Shown here: positions 55,931-64,000 of the stretch, one piece after another | Numbering within the stretch: position 1 is the stretch's first letter | Layout: each line of letters starts with the position of its first letter | Notes under the pieces: model-generated | Database searches by the model: none | What the model saw: the letters and a program-made list of their open reading frames with translations, nothing else | What the model was told of the DNA's origin: nothing | Source: a virus | Virus record (IMG/VR): IMGVR_UViG_3300045988_132388 | Reading direction: 5' to 3' (one strand) | DNA length: 64,000 bases | Program-made: the position numbers and the translations under genes

Positions 55931-56113
55931 TTATCGTTGTACACTCAATTCTACGGTTTCGCATTGACGAATACACTTCTTCCTGAACTTGCAGCGACTA
56001 TGCTTCTTCAGGTATCTCAGCTCCTGGTCGGCTTCTTTTTCTGTATACTCTATTCCGTTGTACTCACGCCAATCACCTTCAATAAAGGCGTAAATGCTAT
56101 AAAATTTTGTCAT
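55931..56113 (-). CDS. small hypothetical protein
   Basis: 60-aa ORF preceded by the CTATAATATAG motif. Confidence 0.45.
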   Translation of the reverse strand: MTKFYSIYAFIEGDWREYNGIEYTEKEADQELRYLKKHSRCKFRKKCIRQCETVELSVQR

Positions 56114-56136
56114 AATTCCGTCGTTTTTTAAAGGTT

Positions 56137-56147
56137 CTATAATATAG
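56137..56147. promoter_or_regulatory. palindromic motif CTATAATATAG
   Basis: Lies 24 nt upstream of the minus-strand start at 56113. Confidence 0.5.
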
Positions 56148-56155
56148 GGATGCTT

Positions 56156-56428
56156 CTAAGATATTTCATACTTGCCAACCTTCACGGCATAGCCGATGTA
56201 TGTCAGCTTTGTGCGCCCGAAGGCTCTCACGTCGCTATACCATGGCGTGTAAGTCAGGAATATGCTGTCATCCTTCAAGGTACAGCCGTGTATGTCACAG
56301 CTTACACAATGACCTTGCTGCTTGTGCTTTATATAAGCGGCCTTCGCCTCTCGTAATGTTTTATAACATTCGCCGCCGAATTTATACGGTTCATAAACGC
56401 CAAACTTATAATAATCTATTCTTATCAT
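56156..56428 (-). CDS. hypothetical protein
   Basis: 90-aa ORF. Confidence 0.55.
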   Translation of the reverse strand: MIRIDYYKFGVYEPYKFGGECYKTLREAKAAYIKHKQQGHCVSCDIHGCTLKDDSIFLTYTPWYSDVRAFGRTKLTYIGYAVKVGKYEIS

Positions 56429-56445
56429 AAAATTCTAATAAAAGT

Positions 56446-56456
56446 CTATAATATAC
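56446..56456. promoter_or_regulatory. palindromic motif variant CTATAATATAC
   Basis: Lies 18 nt upstream of the start at 56428. Confidence 0.4.
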
Positions 56457-56695
56457 TATTCGACAATAATTTCAATCCGTGACAAATCATTGTCTACATT
56501 GATTGCATACCCCTTATAATTGATGCCGTAGCCTATGCAGCCATAACTACAAAATAAAGGTTCACAAATCATTCGGGAGCCATACCAAGTGAAGCCTCTT
56601 GGATCTCGATTATATCCATTAAGCCAATTTTCACAATCGCCTGAACGTTTCACAATAGCATTGATTAAACGCCTCAATTCATTAGGTATTCTCAT
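56456..56695 (-). CDS. hypothetical protein
   Basis: 79-aa ORF. Confidence 0.55.
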   Translation of the reverse strand: MRIPNELRRLINAIVKRSGDCENWLNGYNRDPRGFTWYGSRMICEPLFCSYGCIGYGINYKGYAINVDNDLSRIEIIVE

Positions 56696-56718
56696 AATTT
56701 TCTAATATTTTACACGTT

Positions 56719-56729
56719 CTATAATATAG
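56719..56729. promoter_or_regulatory. palindromic motif CTATAATATAG
   Basis: Lies 24 nt upstream of the start at 56695, followed by the shared leader AAAATATTAGAAAATT-ATG (minus strand). Confidence 0.5.
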
Positions 56730-56733
56730 GGTG

Positions 56734-57081
56734 TTACTTGCTTTGTGTCCCAGCCGAGCGACGGTGCGCCATTCCCGACTTGACAAAAATTTGGGGGACG
56801 GAGAGGTGGCGGCCGGCAGAGGCAGGCGCGGCACACACGGCTGCGCCGTAGTATATAAGAAGGCGAGAAAGGTAATCAAGGGAGGAGCACCAGAGGGGCA
56901 GCGGGGTGGCGTGAGAAACAGATAGCGCGACATTCACGGCTTTAAAATCGGCATCGGCAGGGATAGTGTCGCAGTCTGCGGTGGGCGCGTTGTGGGCGAT
57001 CCACTCGCGTATATTTTCGTTCAGACTGGCGGGGGCATTGTACCGCACGCCCAGAATTGAAAAAGTTCTTTTCTTATTCAT
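56734..57081 (-). CDS. hypothetical protein (C-terminal half doubtful)
   Basis: 115-aa ORF. The N-terminal ~55 aa look protein-like. The GC-rich 3' half encodes low-complexity sequence and may not be coding. Confidence 0.4.
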   Translation of the reverse strand: MNKKRTFSILGVRYNAPASLNENIREWIAHNAPTADCDTIPADADFKAVNVALSVSHATPLPLWCSSLDYLSRLLIYYGAAVCAAPASAGRHLSVPQIFVKSGMAHRRSAGTQSK

Positions 57082-57104
57082 AATTTTCTAATATTTTGAA
57101 AGGT

Positions 57105-57115
57105 CTATAATATAG
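57105..57115. promoter_or_regulatory. palindromic motif CTATAATATAG
   Basis: Lies 24 nt upstream of the start at 57081, with the same leader as at 56695. Confidence 0.5.
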
Positions 57116-57128
57116 GGGGTATCTCCTG

Positions 57129-57163
57129 AGCGTGTGCGGAATCCTTAATATTTCGCACACGCT
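57129..57163 (-). terminator. 10-bp hairpin after the 805-aa gene
   Basis: AGCGTGTGCG...CGCACACGCT, flanked on both sides by CTATAATATAG copies (57105 and 57162). No U-tract. Confidence 0.4.
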
Positions 57164-57176
57164 ATAATATAGGAGT

Positions 57177-59594
57177 TTATGCGGCGGTGTGCTGCTTTGG
57201 ATGTGGCGTGCCGAACAGGTAGCGCCATTCTTCAGGCGTGAGCGCTTCGGCGGCTCTGCGGTCGGCGGTGCTGCTTAACCTCTGGATGGCCTCCAGTGCG
57301 CAAGATGTGGCCGACCGTTCGCCCACGCTTTCGGGCGATATGCTCGCGGCTAACGTCATGAGGTCGTACACCTCCACGCCTAAAGCGTTGAGGGCATGCA
57401 GCCTGGCGCGTAATGCGTCCAGCGGGTTTTTATTCCTGCCGTTCTGGCGAAGGTCGGCGGCGACGTAACGCAATAGGGCGAGGCGTTCAGCGGGTGCCGT
57501 GATTTCATCGGCTGTGGAATCGGGCGGCGTGCTCTCGCCTTTCTCGGTGCTGTCTTCCGGCTGCTCCTCCTTGCTGAAGCCGTACAGCGTGCGGAACTCG
57601 TCAGCCGTGAGCACGGCGGCGGCACGCTGTCGGGCGCGTTGGTCGGCCTTATAGTCGGCACGTTGCACGAGGTCGGCAACGTCCACGCCACACACAAAGA
57701 GGGCGGAAAGTCTCGCGTTTATGGCGGCTATGTGCTCCCCTGCTTGCGTCAATCGGTCGAAGTCTTCGGCGGCACTACGCAACAGCTCCAGGCGGTCAGA
57801 TGCCAGCACGTCCGCGAAGTCTTCCGCGTTGTCGGTCGGTGCGGTTGCCGTGATTTCGGCGGCCTCGTATAACGTAGCATCTGCGCCCGTCTGGGCGGTT
57901 GTGCTGTCTTCTTCGGCGGTCTGGGCATCAGCTACCACGAACCACTCGCGCAGGCGTTCCACGGCCTCGGGTTCGCGTGCTTGCCACTGCTGGGCGGTTT
58001 TGTTCCAGGTCGCACCGTGTGCCTTGATTGCCTTACGGTTGCGGTAGGTGGTGCGGCTGTCGCCTACCACTGCCACGCCCTCGGCAGTCTCCAACAACTG
58101 CAGACCCTCGGCGGGTGCGTCGGTGTCGGTCTGTGCTGCATCCTGAGCGTGTGCGGCTTCGGTGTGCTTGGTCGGTGTCGGGTCGGTAGGCTCTGGCGTT
58201 GTGGTCTTGGTGTAGCTGCGCACATTCCAAGCACGGCGGGCGATGGTCTCGGCGTTCTCGGCGTAACCGTGTGCGAAGATGTCGCACACGTCCACGCCCA
58301 GGGCTGCGGCCACGGCCTCGGCCTCCTTGTTGGCGTATGTGTACGCGTCAGTATAACCGTATTTATTGCGATTGTCGGCGGCTGGCACGGCTGCGAAGAT
58401 CTGCGCCAATATCTCGGCGCGTGCCTCGTCCGACATTTCGCGGCTTGTCTTAATATCGCCGCCGTTGCTGCCCATGGTCAGGCGTGCGAAGTCGGCAAAC
58501 TCGGCGTAATCTACGCCCGTACTGTCGTCCCATCCGTTGAAGGTGTCACGGCAACGGCAGAACAACGAAAGATCGGTTTTTTCGTTGAACTCCTCAACGG
58601 TCGGGCCGTCGGTCCATGACAATTCAAAATCGGCGCCCCAGCCGTGGCGAACCTTCAAAGAGAATTTAACGCCGGGGAAGGCGGCGCGACACATTGCTAA
58701 AATATTAGCCTTCCGCGCGTTCATTAGCTGGCGGCTTGTGGTCTTCGGGTCAGCCTCTAACGGGCGCACATCCTGCATCAGGTGCGCCCACTTGGCGCAA
58801 CGTGCGCGATACTTTGCGCGGCGCTGCGCTCTCTTCTCTGCTGCCTGTCGCTCCTCTTCCGCCTTGCGGGCTTCTTCGGCTGCCTTAACGCTTGCCACCT
58901 CGTCGGCGAGCATTACGGGCCACTCTATAGGTACATATATATAACGGGCGTAATTGTAGCCCTCGGAATCTATAAGATAGTATTTGCCCGATGGTGACAC
59001 GACGAGCGCGCCGACGGTATAAAAAGTACCCAATTTTTCAGGGTCGTTATAGTATGTATCGCCTTCGTCCACGTCCTCAGAACGTGAAAAGCCCTGCAGG
59101 TTGTGACGTGTTACCAGTTCATCGGCAAGTCCCGGGCGTACAAAATCCGCCTCCGATACATTTATAATTTGCTCAACACAACATAAGCGGGCGGGCTTCT
59201 CGGCTGCGTGTGTGTAGTAGTTGAGGTTGTGCAGCTCCTCCATCAGGCCGCGGCCTCCGTCACACTTTAGGCCGCTATTATCAGCCCAGAAGAAGCCACC
59301 AACGGCGGGCACTCCTTCGAGGCGGTCGGCCTCCTGCGCGTGCTGTGCGTACTTGGTGCGCTGGTGTGCGGCCTTCTTCTCTGCGATGATCTCGCGGGCT
59401 TTTGCTTCTGCTTGCTCGGTCGTGTCCTTGCCGAAGGTTTTAATATATGCCGGACGTGATACGGGCGACATGGTGCCGCACCATCCGCACAAGCAAATAT
59501 ATTGCTCGTTGTCGCTGTAATACTGTGCGCTCTCGGCCTTGTCGGCAAATACTTTTACTAAATTCTCGACTATCTCGTTAAATGTTGCTTTCAT
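57177..59594 (-). CDS. large Ala/Glu-rich protein with internal domain duplication (polyvalent-protein-like), function unknown
   Basis: 805 aa and visibly GC-rich. N-terminal CLCGWCG. The block KAIKAHGATWNKTAQQWQA resembles the KxxGAxWdxxxKxW module of plasmid/phage polyvalent proteins. Two ~90-aa C-terminal repeats (..RLELLRSAAEDF.. / ..RLALLRYVAADL..). Confidence 0.65.
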   Translation of the reverse strand: MKATFNEIVENLVKVFADKAESAQYYSDNEQYICLCGWCGTMSPVSRPAYIKTFGKDTTEQAEAKAREIIAEKKAAHQRTKYAQHAQEADRLEGVPAVGGFFWADNSGLKCDGGRGLMEELHNLNYYTHAAEKPARLCCVEQIINVSEADFVRPGLADELVTRHNLQGFSRSEDVDEGDTYYNDPEKLGTFYTVGALVVSPSGKYYLIDSEGYNYARYIYVPIEWPVMLADEVASVKAAEEARKAEEERQAAEKRAQRRAKYRARCAKWAHLMQDVRPLEADPKTTSRQLMNARKANILAMCRAAFPGVKFSLKVRHGWGADFELSWTDGPTVEEFNEKTDLSLFCRCRDTFNGWDDSTGVDYAEFADFARLTMGSNGGDIKTSREMSDEARAEILAQIFAAVPAADNRNKYGYTDAYTYANKEAEAVAAALGVDVCDIFAHGYAENAETIARRAWNVRSYTKTTTPEPTDPTPTKHTEAAHAQDAAQTDTDAPAEGLQLLETAEGVAVVGDSRTTYRNRKAIKAHGATWNKTAQQWQAREPEAVERLREWFVVADAQTAEEDSTTAQTGADATLYEAAEITATAPTDNAEDFADVLASDRLELLRSAAEDFDRLTQAGEHIAAINARLSALFVCGVDVADLVQRADYKADQRARQRAAAVLTADEFRTLYGFSKEEQPEDSTEKGESTPPDSTADEITAPAERLALLRYVAADLRQNGRNKNPLDALRARLHALNALGVEVYDLMTLAASISPESVGERSATSCALEAIQRLSSTADRRAAEALTPEEWRYLFGTPHPKQHTAA

Positions 59595-59639
59595 AATCTT
59601 TGTATTTTTGTTACTAATTCAGTGAATAAAAAGGGGGTG

Positions 59640-59650
59640 CTATAATATAA
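59640..59650. promoter_or_regulatory. palindromic motif variant CTATAATATAA
   Basis: Lies 46 nt upstream of the start at 59594. Confidence 0.4.
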
Positions 59651-59782
59651 CGTTATAGTCTGTTTTCTGCCAGACACTCATTATATCCGTAGTCCTTTTG
59701 CTGATACATCAGGGCGGCTGTGATAGTCTGGGGGGTAGCGGTGATTGTCTTCATAATCTATAGGGTGTTATATGGTTAGTAA

Positions 59783-60568
59783 TCAGGCGCGAAACATACG
59801 ACGCCAAAAGCTGAAGATCTCGAACGGCATACAAACAGGGAAAGAGCCAGGGAACAGACGGGCAACCACTGCCAAGGCGTTACATTCCACATTGATTCCA
59901 AGTTCAAGCGCAGGGCCAAACATGACGAGGAGAGAGAGAAAGAAGCGCACGCGCCCAGTGATGCCGAATGCGTCGAAGATCGCGAGCAAGCCCGCAACAC
60001 AGCCGAACGCGGCAGAAAATGCAAGGATGAGAACGACGAGGAGCGAGAGGAGGAGAGCGGCACGCCTGGCGGCCTTGGCTGCGTATGTCTTGCCGCTTGC
60101 TGCTACCTTTGCGGCTGTCTGGGTGAAGCGTGACGGCTCGGCGGGTGTCTGGTTGCCCTCGTTGCTCTCGTCGCTCTGTGTGTCGTTGTTGTCGTTCTCT
60201 ACTGTCTGCCAGTTCTCGGCGGTGTACTGTGTTGTATTGCTTATAACAACAAAATCAAACGCGCTGCGCTCGTTGGTGTATTCGTCCAAGCTCTTACGGC
60301 TTGTTATATATACCTGTTCTGTCTTATAGGTGCCACCTATCGTATGATCGTATATTTCCACGCGGCGGACACCCTGCCAGTTAATTGTGGCTTTCACATC
60401 GTCGAGGTCGTCGCCTGCCTGGACGGTCCACAATATTTCGTCGTACTTGTCAAACGCCATTACATAAGCGTTACAAGTTGATGCGCTCATACTTGCAATA
60501 GTGTTTGCATAGTTGCGAACTGCAGCGCGGTTGCCGTTGAGATTAAAAATATAAACTTCTGTTTTCAT
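59783..60568 (-). CDS. hypothetical protein with C-terminal TM helices
   Basis: 261-aa ORF. A TATCTTTG box (60597-60604, minus strand) lies 29 nt upstream. Confidence 0.6.
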   Translation of the reverse strand: MKTEVYIFNLNGNRAAVRNYANTIASMSASTCNAYVMAFDKYDEILWTVQAGDDLDDVKATINWQGVRRVEIYDHTIGGTYKTEQVYITSRKSLDEYTNERSAFDFVVISNTTQYTAENWQTVENDNNDTQSDESNEGNQTPAEPSRFTQTAAKVAASGKTYAAKAARRAALLLSLLVVLILAFSAAFGCVAGLLAIFDAFGITGRVRFFLSLLVMFGPALELGINVECNALAVVARLFPGSFPVCMPFEIFSFWRRMFRA

Positions 60569-60700
60569 AATCTAAGTATTTATTTGTTTACGCTTGCAAA
60601 GATATGAAGATATATTTATACTAACAAATAAAAATACAAAGAAATATTCATATTTAACACTCATTAATATAAATATCTCTTTATATTATATATATGTATG

Positions 60701-60708
60701 TATCTTTG
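60701..60708 (+). promoter_or_regulatory. Bacteroidota -7 box TATCTTTG
   Basis: Lies 27 nt upstream of the ATG at 60735. Confidence 0.5.
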
Positions 60709-60734
60709 CATCATCAAAATATAAATAGAATCTT

Positions 60735-61082
60735 ATGAAAGTATATATAAAAGAATTGTTAGCAGCAAAAGGGCTAACACAAAAGGATGTTGCAAAAAAA
60801 ATAGGCGTGACACAATCTAATATATCCGCTACTATCTCGCGCCCCTCGTTCCCGACCTTGGAGCGCATCGCCGCCGCCTTAGAGGTGGAATCCTGGCAGC
60901 TCCTCGCCCCTCCTGCTGTTGTTGAGGAGCTGAAGCAAGCCAGGGCGCAGCGTTCAAGCGTTAGCGGTGGTGGCTTGGTGGGTGTCGTGCGTGTAGGCTG
61001 TGAGATATACACCGCCGACACCGTGCAGCAACTCCGCGCCATCGTGGAGCGTCTGGAGCGTGACGAAGCAACAAAGAGGTAA
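60735..61082 (+). CDS. XRE-family HTH protein
   Basis: IKELLAAKGLTQKDVAKKIGVTQSNISATISRPSFPTLERIAAAL. Confidence 0.75.
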   Translation: MKVYIKELLAAKGLTQKDVAKKIGVTQSNISATISRPSFPTLERIAAALEVESWQLLAPPAVVEELKQARAQRSSVSGGGLVGVVRVGCEIYTADTVQQLRAIVERLERDEATKR

Positions 61083-61086
61083 AAAG

Positions 61087-61124
61087 CAAAAAAAATCCCG
61101 ACAGGGTGCAAACCTTGTCGGGAT
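61087..61124 (-). terminator. rho-independent terminator of hicAB
   Basis: ATCCCGACA...TGTCGGGAT, followed on the minus strand by a T8-9 run. Confidence 0.6.
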
Positions 61125-61167
61125 AACTTCGGCTAAATTCCTAAGCTGTCAAACAAATAAATATAAC

Positions 61168-61575
61168 CTAAAGTATAACGGCCGCCGCCAACTCACGGGC
61201 GAAACGGTGCAAAGCGTTTGTTATCTTCTCTTTCTGTGCCTGTCGCGGTTTCTTGCGTCCGTGCATGTAGGCCCAAAGTTGTTTTTGATTAATGCCCGTA
61301 ATACGCTCCATACCTGCAAGAGAAATAAAGCTACCGTAATAATATAAAAAGCTTTCGGTATCATACCGCCATGTTATTGTATATTCGCCAGCTTTCAAAG
61401 GTTCGGGCCAATCCTCGCGGGGCATGTTCTTTTTTATTAACTCGATGGCTTGCACGGTGTCGGCCTTGCATGCTTCCACGGTGTCACCAGCCGCCCAAAT
61501 ACCGGGGCAATTCTCAGAGCATGCGCCGAAACTGTCGGCACTTGCCGAAATAAGCATTATAATTTCGTTTGCCAT
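61168..61575 (-). CDS. hicB: HicB-family antitoxin
   Basis: 135 aa. The N-terminal HicB fold pattern (SFGACSENCPGIWAAGDTVEACKADTVQAIEL) plus a C-terminal DNA-binding tail. Lies directly downstream of hicA. Confidence 0.7.
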   Translation of the reverse strand: MANEIIMLISASADSFGACSENCPGIWAAGDTVEACKADTVQAIELIKKNMPREDWPEPLKAGEYTITWRYDTESFLYYYGSFISLAGMERITGINQKQLWAYMHGRKKPRQAQKEKITNALHRFARELAAAVIL

Positions 61576-61636
61576 ATCTTTATATTATATCGTTTTTTGT
61601 TAAAGGAAAGGGGCGCGCCCCTCTCCTCTTTGTCTG

Positions 61637-61816
61637 TTAAATACTCATCGCTTTCGCTATGCTCCGCCGTAATGGCTCGGGCATCTCCTTTGCCCCATGG
61701 TAGGGGACAGGGGGCGAGAGCTTGCCGCCCTGAGTATAAAAGTAGTGCGAGCCTTCGGCGTGGTCGAACTTCCAGCCCTTGGCCTTAATTCTTCGATGAA
61801 ATTCCGTGTACTTCAT
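61637..61816 (-). CDS. hicA: HicA-family mRNA interferase toxin
   Basis: MKYTEFHRRIKAKGWKFDHAEGSHYFYTQGGKLSPPVPYHGAKEMPEPLRRSI matches the HicA pattern (GW....GSH......vP.H). The ORF-track start at 61849 is a TTG; the ATG at 61816 is preferred. Confidence 0.8.
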   Translation of the reverse strand: MKYTEFHRRIKAKGWKFDHAEGSHYFYTQGGKLSPPVPYHGAKEMPEPLRRSIAKAMSI

Positions 61817-61846
61817 TGTTATATATATTTTATTTGTTTGACATTG

Positions 61847-61854
61847 CAAAGGTA
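61847..61854 (-). promoter_or_regulatory. Bacteroidota -7 box TACCTTTG
   Basis: caaaggta on the plus strand, 31 nt upstream of the hicA ATG. Confidence 0.5.
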
Positions 61855-62421
61855 GTAATATTTCTACCTTTTACCAAATGTTTTTGCAATTATTTTTGCT
61901 TTTATCATTATTTTTTTCTTTTTACCTTGATTATATAGGCGCACGGCTGCACCTCTGCGCCACCGTTCAGGCATCCACAGCAGCCACCCGACGAGCAACA
62001 GCACACCCGACCGCCCCACCCTCGACCGCTTCAGGCGAGCGAGGGGCACACCTCGCCCCGTCTGGGGCGTGCGTCAGCATATATGCAGCCGATCGCCCAG
62101 GCGGGCACACGCAAGGCTCCTCAGTGCGGTGGACGCTCTCGCGTCAGAATCGAGGTTTTGAGATTTTTTCCAAAAGGTGATTGCTCTATCTATCAATTAT
62201 TTAGGTTCTCCGTTGGGCTATGACGTACAAGTAGAATAATGCTCTAATACGTTTATTATCAACAATTTATCGGGGTAAAACAATAATTCGCACACATAAA
62301 AACAAGACAATATCACTATAATTCAATACAAAAGGAACAAAAAACGACGTATTTTTTATTAGAAAACAAATATATATATAAATAATATATTAAAAAACTT
62401 GTATATATGAAATAAATATAT

Positions 62422-62429
62422 TACCTTTG
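62422..62429 (+). promoter_or_regulatory. Bacteroidota -7 box TACCTTTG
   Basis: Lies 39 nt upstream of the ATG at 62468. Confidence 0.5.
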
Positions 62430-62467
62430 CGCCAAAATACAAATAATCATATAATCAATATATATTT

Positions 62468-62821
62468 ATGACAACAGAAAAAAGACCAAAATCAGAAATT
62501 AACCTCCGCAAACTCATGCAGAAGTTAGGAATGGGAACAAATGCTTTTGCAGAGGCATGTGGGGTTTCTTCTCAGTCAATGGCACAGTTTCTTCGCACAA
62601 AATCACTAACCACTGCGTCAATATACAAGATGGCAACAGCTCTCGACATCGACCCTCGCGATATGTTCTTTCCAACTGACGAAGAAGACGATCGTGACTT
62701 GTTTGCCAAAAGCGAGTTACCCGCAAATAGCGAAAGCGAAGACCAAAACATCAACACCACAACCTTCTGTCCCCACTGTGGAGCAAAGGTTAGGGTTGGG
62801 GTAGTGCTACTCCCCGAATAA
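62468..62821 (+). CDS. XRE-family HTH protein with C-terminal zinc-ribbon-like tail
   Basis: LRKLMQKLGMGTNAFAEACGVSSQSMAQFLRTKSLTTASIYKMATAL, then ...FCPHCGAKV. Confidence 0.7.
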   Translation: MTTEKRPKSEINLRKLMQKLGMGTNAFAEACGVSSQSMAQFLRTKSLTTASIYKMATALDIDPRDMFFPTDEEDDRDLFAKSELPANSESEDQNINTTTFCPHCGAKVRVGVVLLPE

Positions 62822-62980
62822 GGCGCAACACAACAAAAATCCTCGCCACGCATCCCCTTTCTCTTTCCCATATAACACAATATACGAGAAAGCGAGGGGC
62901 GAGATGCATAGCGAGGGTTGCGAGGTAAAGGTCGGCAGAAATTAGTCAGCCGGCCGTTGGGTATGGGCAGACGGGGGCGC

Positions 62981-63220
62981 TTACGACTCCAGCTCGCCAC
63001 TGCCACCAGGCTTCTGACCAACACCCCCGGTAGAGCCGCCAGGAGCAACCACGCCACCCGTGAGGTTGTTGCCAGCGAAGAGCACCTTCAGGGCATCGGT
63101 AACGAGCGAGCGCAGGAAAGAGTAGGGGTTGCCAATCTTGCGCTGCGCCTTGTAGGCCTTCATCACAGAGAGGTAAGCCTCGCTACCCTTAGCCGACGTA
63201 GAGGACGGACGGTTTATCAT
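62981..63220 (-). CDS. small hypothetical protein with Gly-rich C-terminus
   Basis: 79-aa ORF in a GC-rich patch. The N-terminal half looks helical; the C-terminus is GGVVAPGGSTGGVGQKPGGSG. Confidence 0.4.
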   Translation of the reverse strand: MINRPSSTSAKGSEAYLSVMKAYKAQRKIGNPYSFLRSLVTDALKVLFAGNNLTGGVVAPGGSTGGVGQKPGGSGELES

Positions 63221-63399
63221 CGGATGAACAAGATAAGGGGAATCGTCGAATGAAGCAAATGAAAACTAACGATTCGTATTATTTGTGTCATTAGATGATT
63301 TTCATCGGATAAACCGGATTTTTCTGTTGTTTCTGCGTCACCTGATGACTAAAAGAAATACAAACCTACGAATGTATTAACGTATAAAAATATCGAAGT

Positions 63400-63858
63400 A
63401 TGAAGAAATCAATCAAAATGATGGTACTGTTGGCAATGATGCTCGTTGCCCATACAGTAAAAGCACAAGTCGTGTTCTCGGCCTTTAAGTTAAAACCTAC
63501 CATCCTCTACACGTCCAAGGCACTATACGCCAGTTTTACGTGCGACGGAGAGAAGAAGGTGAAGTATGTCAAAGTGGAGTGGTGTGCCGTGAACGAGGTG
63601 GGCGACGTGTCAGTAGGCATGACACCAAACCTTCAGTTGCGCAAGGTATCGTCAACAGGACCTTTTGACCCGCATAAGAAGTATAAGCGTGTAGCTAACG
63701 CTGCCTTCATCGGAGTGGAGAAGGTGCATGCCATGCCCGTCAGCATCTGTATAGAGTATATGGACGGCACCGACTGGGAGCAGGACGTGACGAAGGACAA
63801 CTATCAGCAGTTCTTTCCTAACTTGAAGTGGATTGACTTCACTGTGCCTGGTGAATAA
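63400..63858 (+). CDS. secreted hypothetical protein
   Basis: Signal peptide MKKSIKMMVLLAMMLVAHTVKAQ; 152 aa. Confidence 0.65.
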   Translation: MKKSIKMMVLLAMMLVAHTVKAQVVFSAFKLKPTILYTSKALYASFTCDGEKKVKYVKVEWCAVNEVGDVSVGMTPNLQLRKVSSTGPFDPHKKYKRVANAAFIGVEKVHAMPVSICIEYMDGTDWEQDVTKDNYQQFFPNLKWIDFTVPGE

Positions 63859-63880
63859 GCAACAAGAACGAAACAAAAAA

Positions 63881-63911
63881 GGCGAGCCGCTTTTGTTGTC
63901 TCGCCTTTTTA
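63881..63911 (+). terminator. rho-independent terminator
   Basis: GGCGAG...CTCGCC followed by TTTTT. Confidence 0.7.
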
Positions 63912-64000
63912 TTGTACCTTTGCAAAAGTATTTTATTAGAATCTCATATTCTATAAAGTATTTAAAATGTTATTGCCGCTCTTGGTCCGCGAGGATGAAG

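Noticed and set aside
57124-58156. A 16-nt exact repeat, tcctgagcgtgtgcgg (57124 and 58141), and a 13-nt match, gctgcacctctgc (1 and 61945)
   Set aside because: Exact repeats of this length are about what chance predicts in a 64-kb window searched on both strands, and nothing flanking them is conserved.
61878-62180. 100-aa plus-strand ORF (and 61864-62049 on the minus strand) in the GC-rich patch
   Set aside because: It encodes low-complexity Ala/Pro/Arg/Thr-rich sequence with no start context. Long ORFs arise easily in GC-rich DNA. It is reported as a possible non-coding segment instead.
1-64000. Integrase, excisionase, reverse transcriptase (DGR or retron), transposase or CRISPR-Cas components
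   Set aside because: I looked for tyrosine/serine recombinase, RT (YxDD) and transposase (DDE) signatures in the translated ORFs and found none. Absence from this window does not exclude them elsewhere on the element.

Overview
The window reads as a large part of a Bacteroidota-type phage-plasmid. Many intergenic regions carry TAnnTTTG -7 boxes, and no Shine-Dalgarno sites are visible. Phage genes are a TP901-type tape measure (11088-16556), a holin-like protein, a large terminase (23711-25705) and DNA methyltransferases. They share the window with a plasmid maintenance block: a Rep-like initiator, two inverted arrays of four 16-bp iterons at exact 22-bp spacing, a ParA plus RHH partition pair, repeat-rich DNA upstream of parA, and HicAB. 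No integrase was recognised. A replication module encodes a beta clamp, an SSB-like protein ending in DDLPF, a Zn-finger/TOPRIM/P-loop primase-helicase, a DEDDh exonuclease and a truncated NAD-ligase with a transmembrane (TM) tail. No polymerase was seen. Three items deserve most follow-up. First, a nucleotide-metabolism cassette (MazG, divergent ThyX-like, guanylate-kinase-like, RlmN/Cfr-like radical SAM) lies next to a tRNA-like gene whose halves are in permuted order. Second, a ~180-nt structured RNA-like element with tRNA-elbow modules occurs twice and shows one compensatory change. Third, two adjacent genes are built from 18-nt and 27-nt in-frame tandem repeats. Two G8 tracts sit exactly at reading-frame breaks. 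All calls come from reading the sequence and remembered family motifs; no searches or folding were run.
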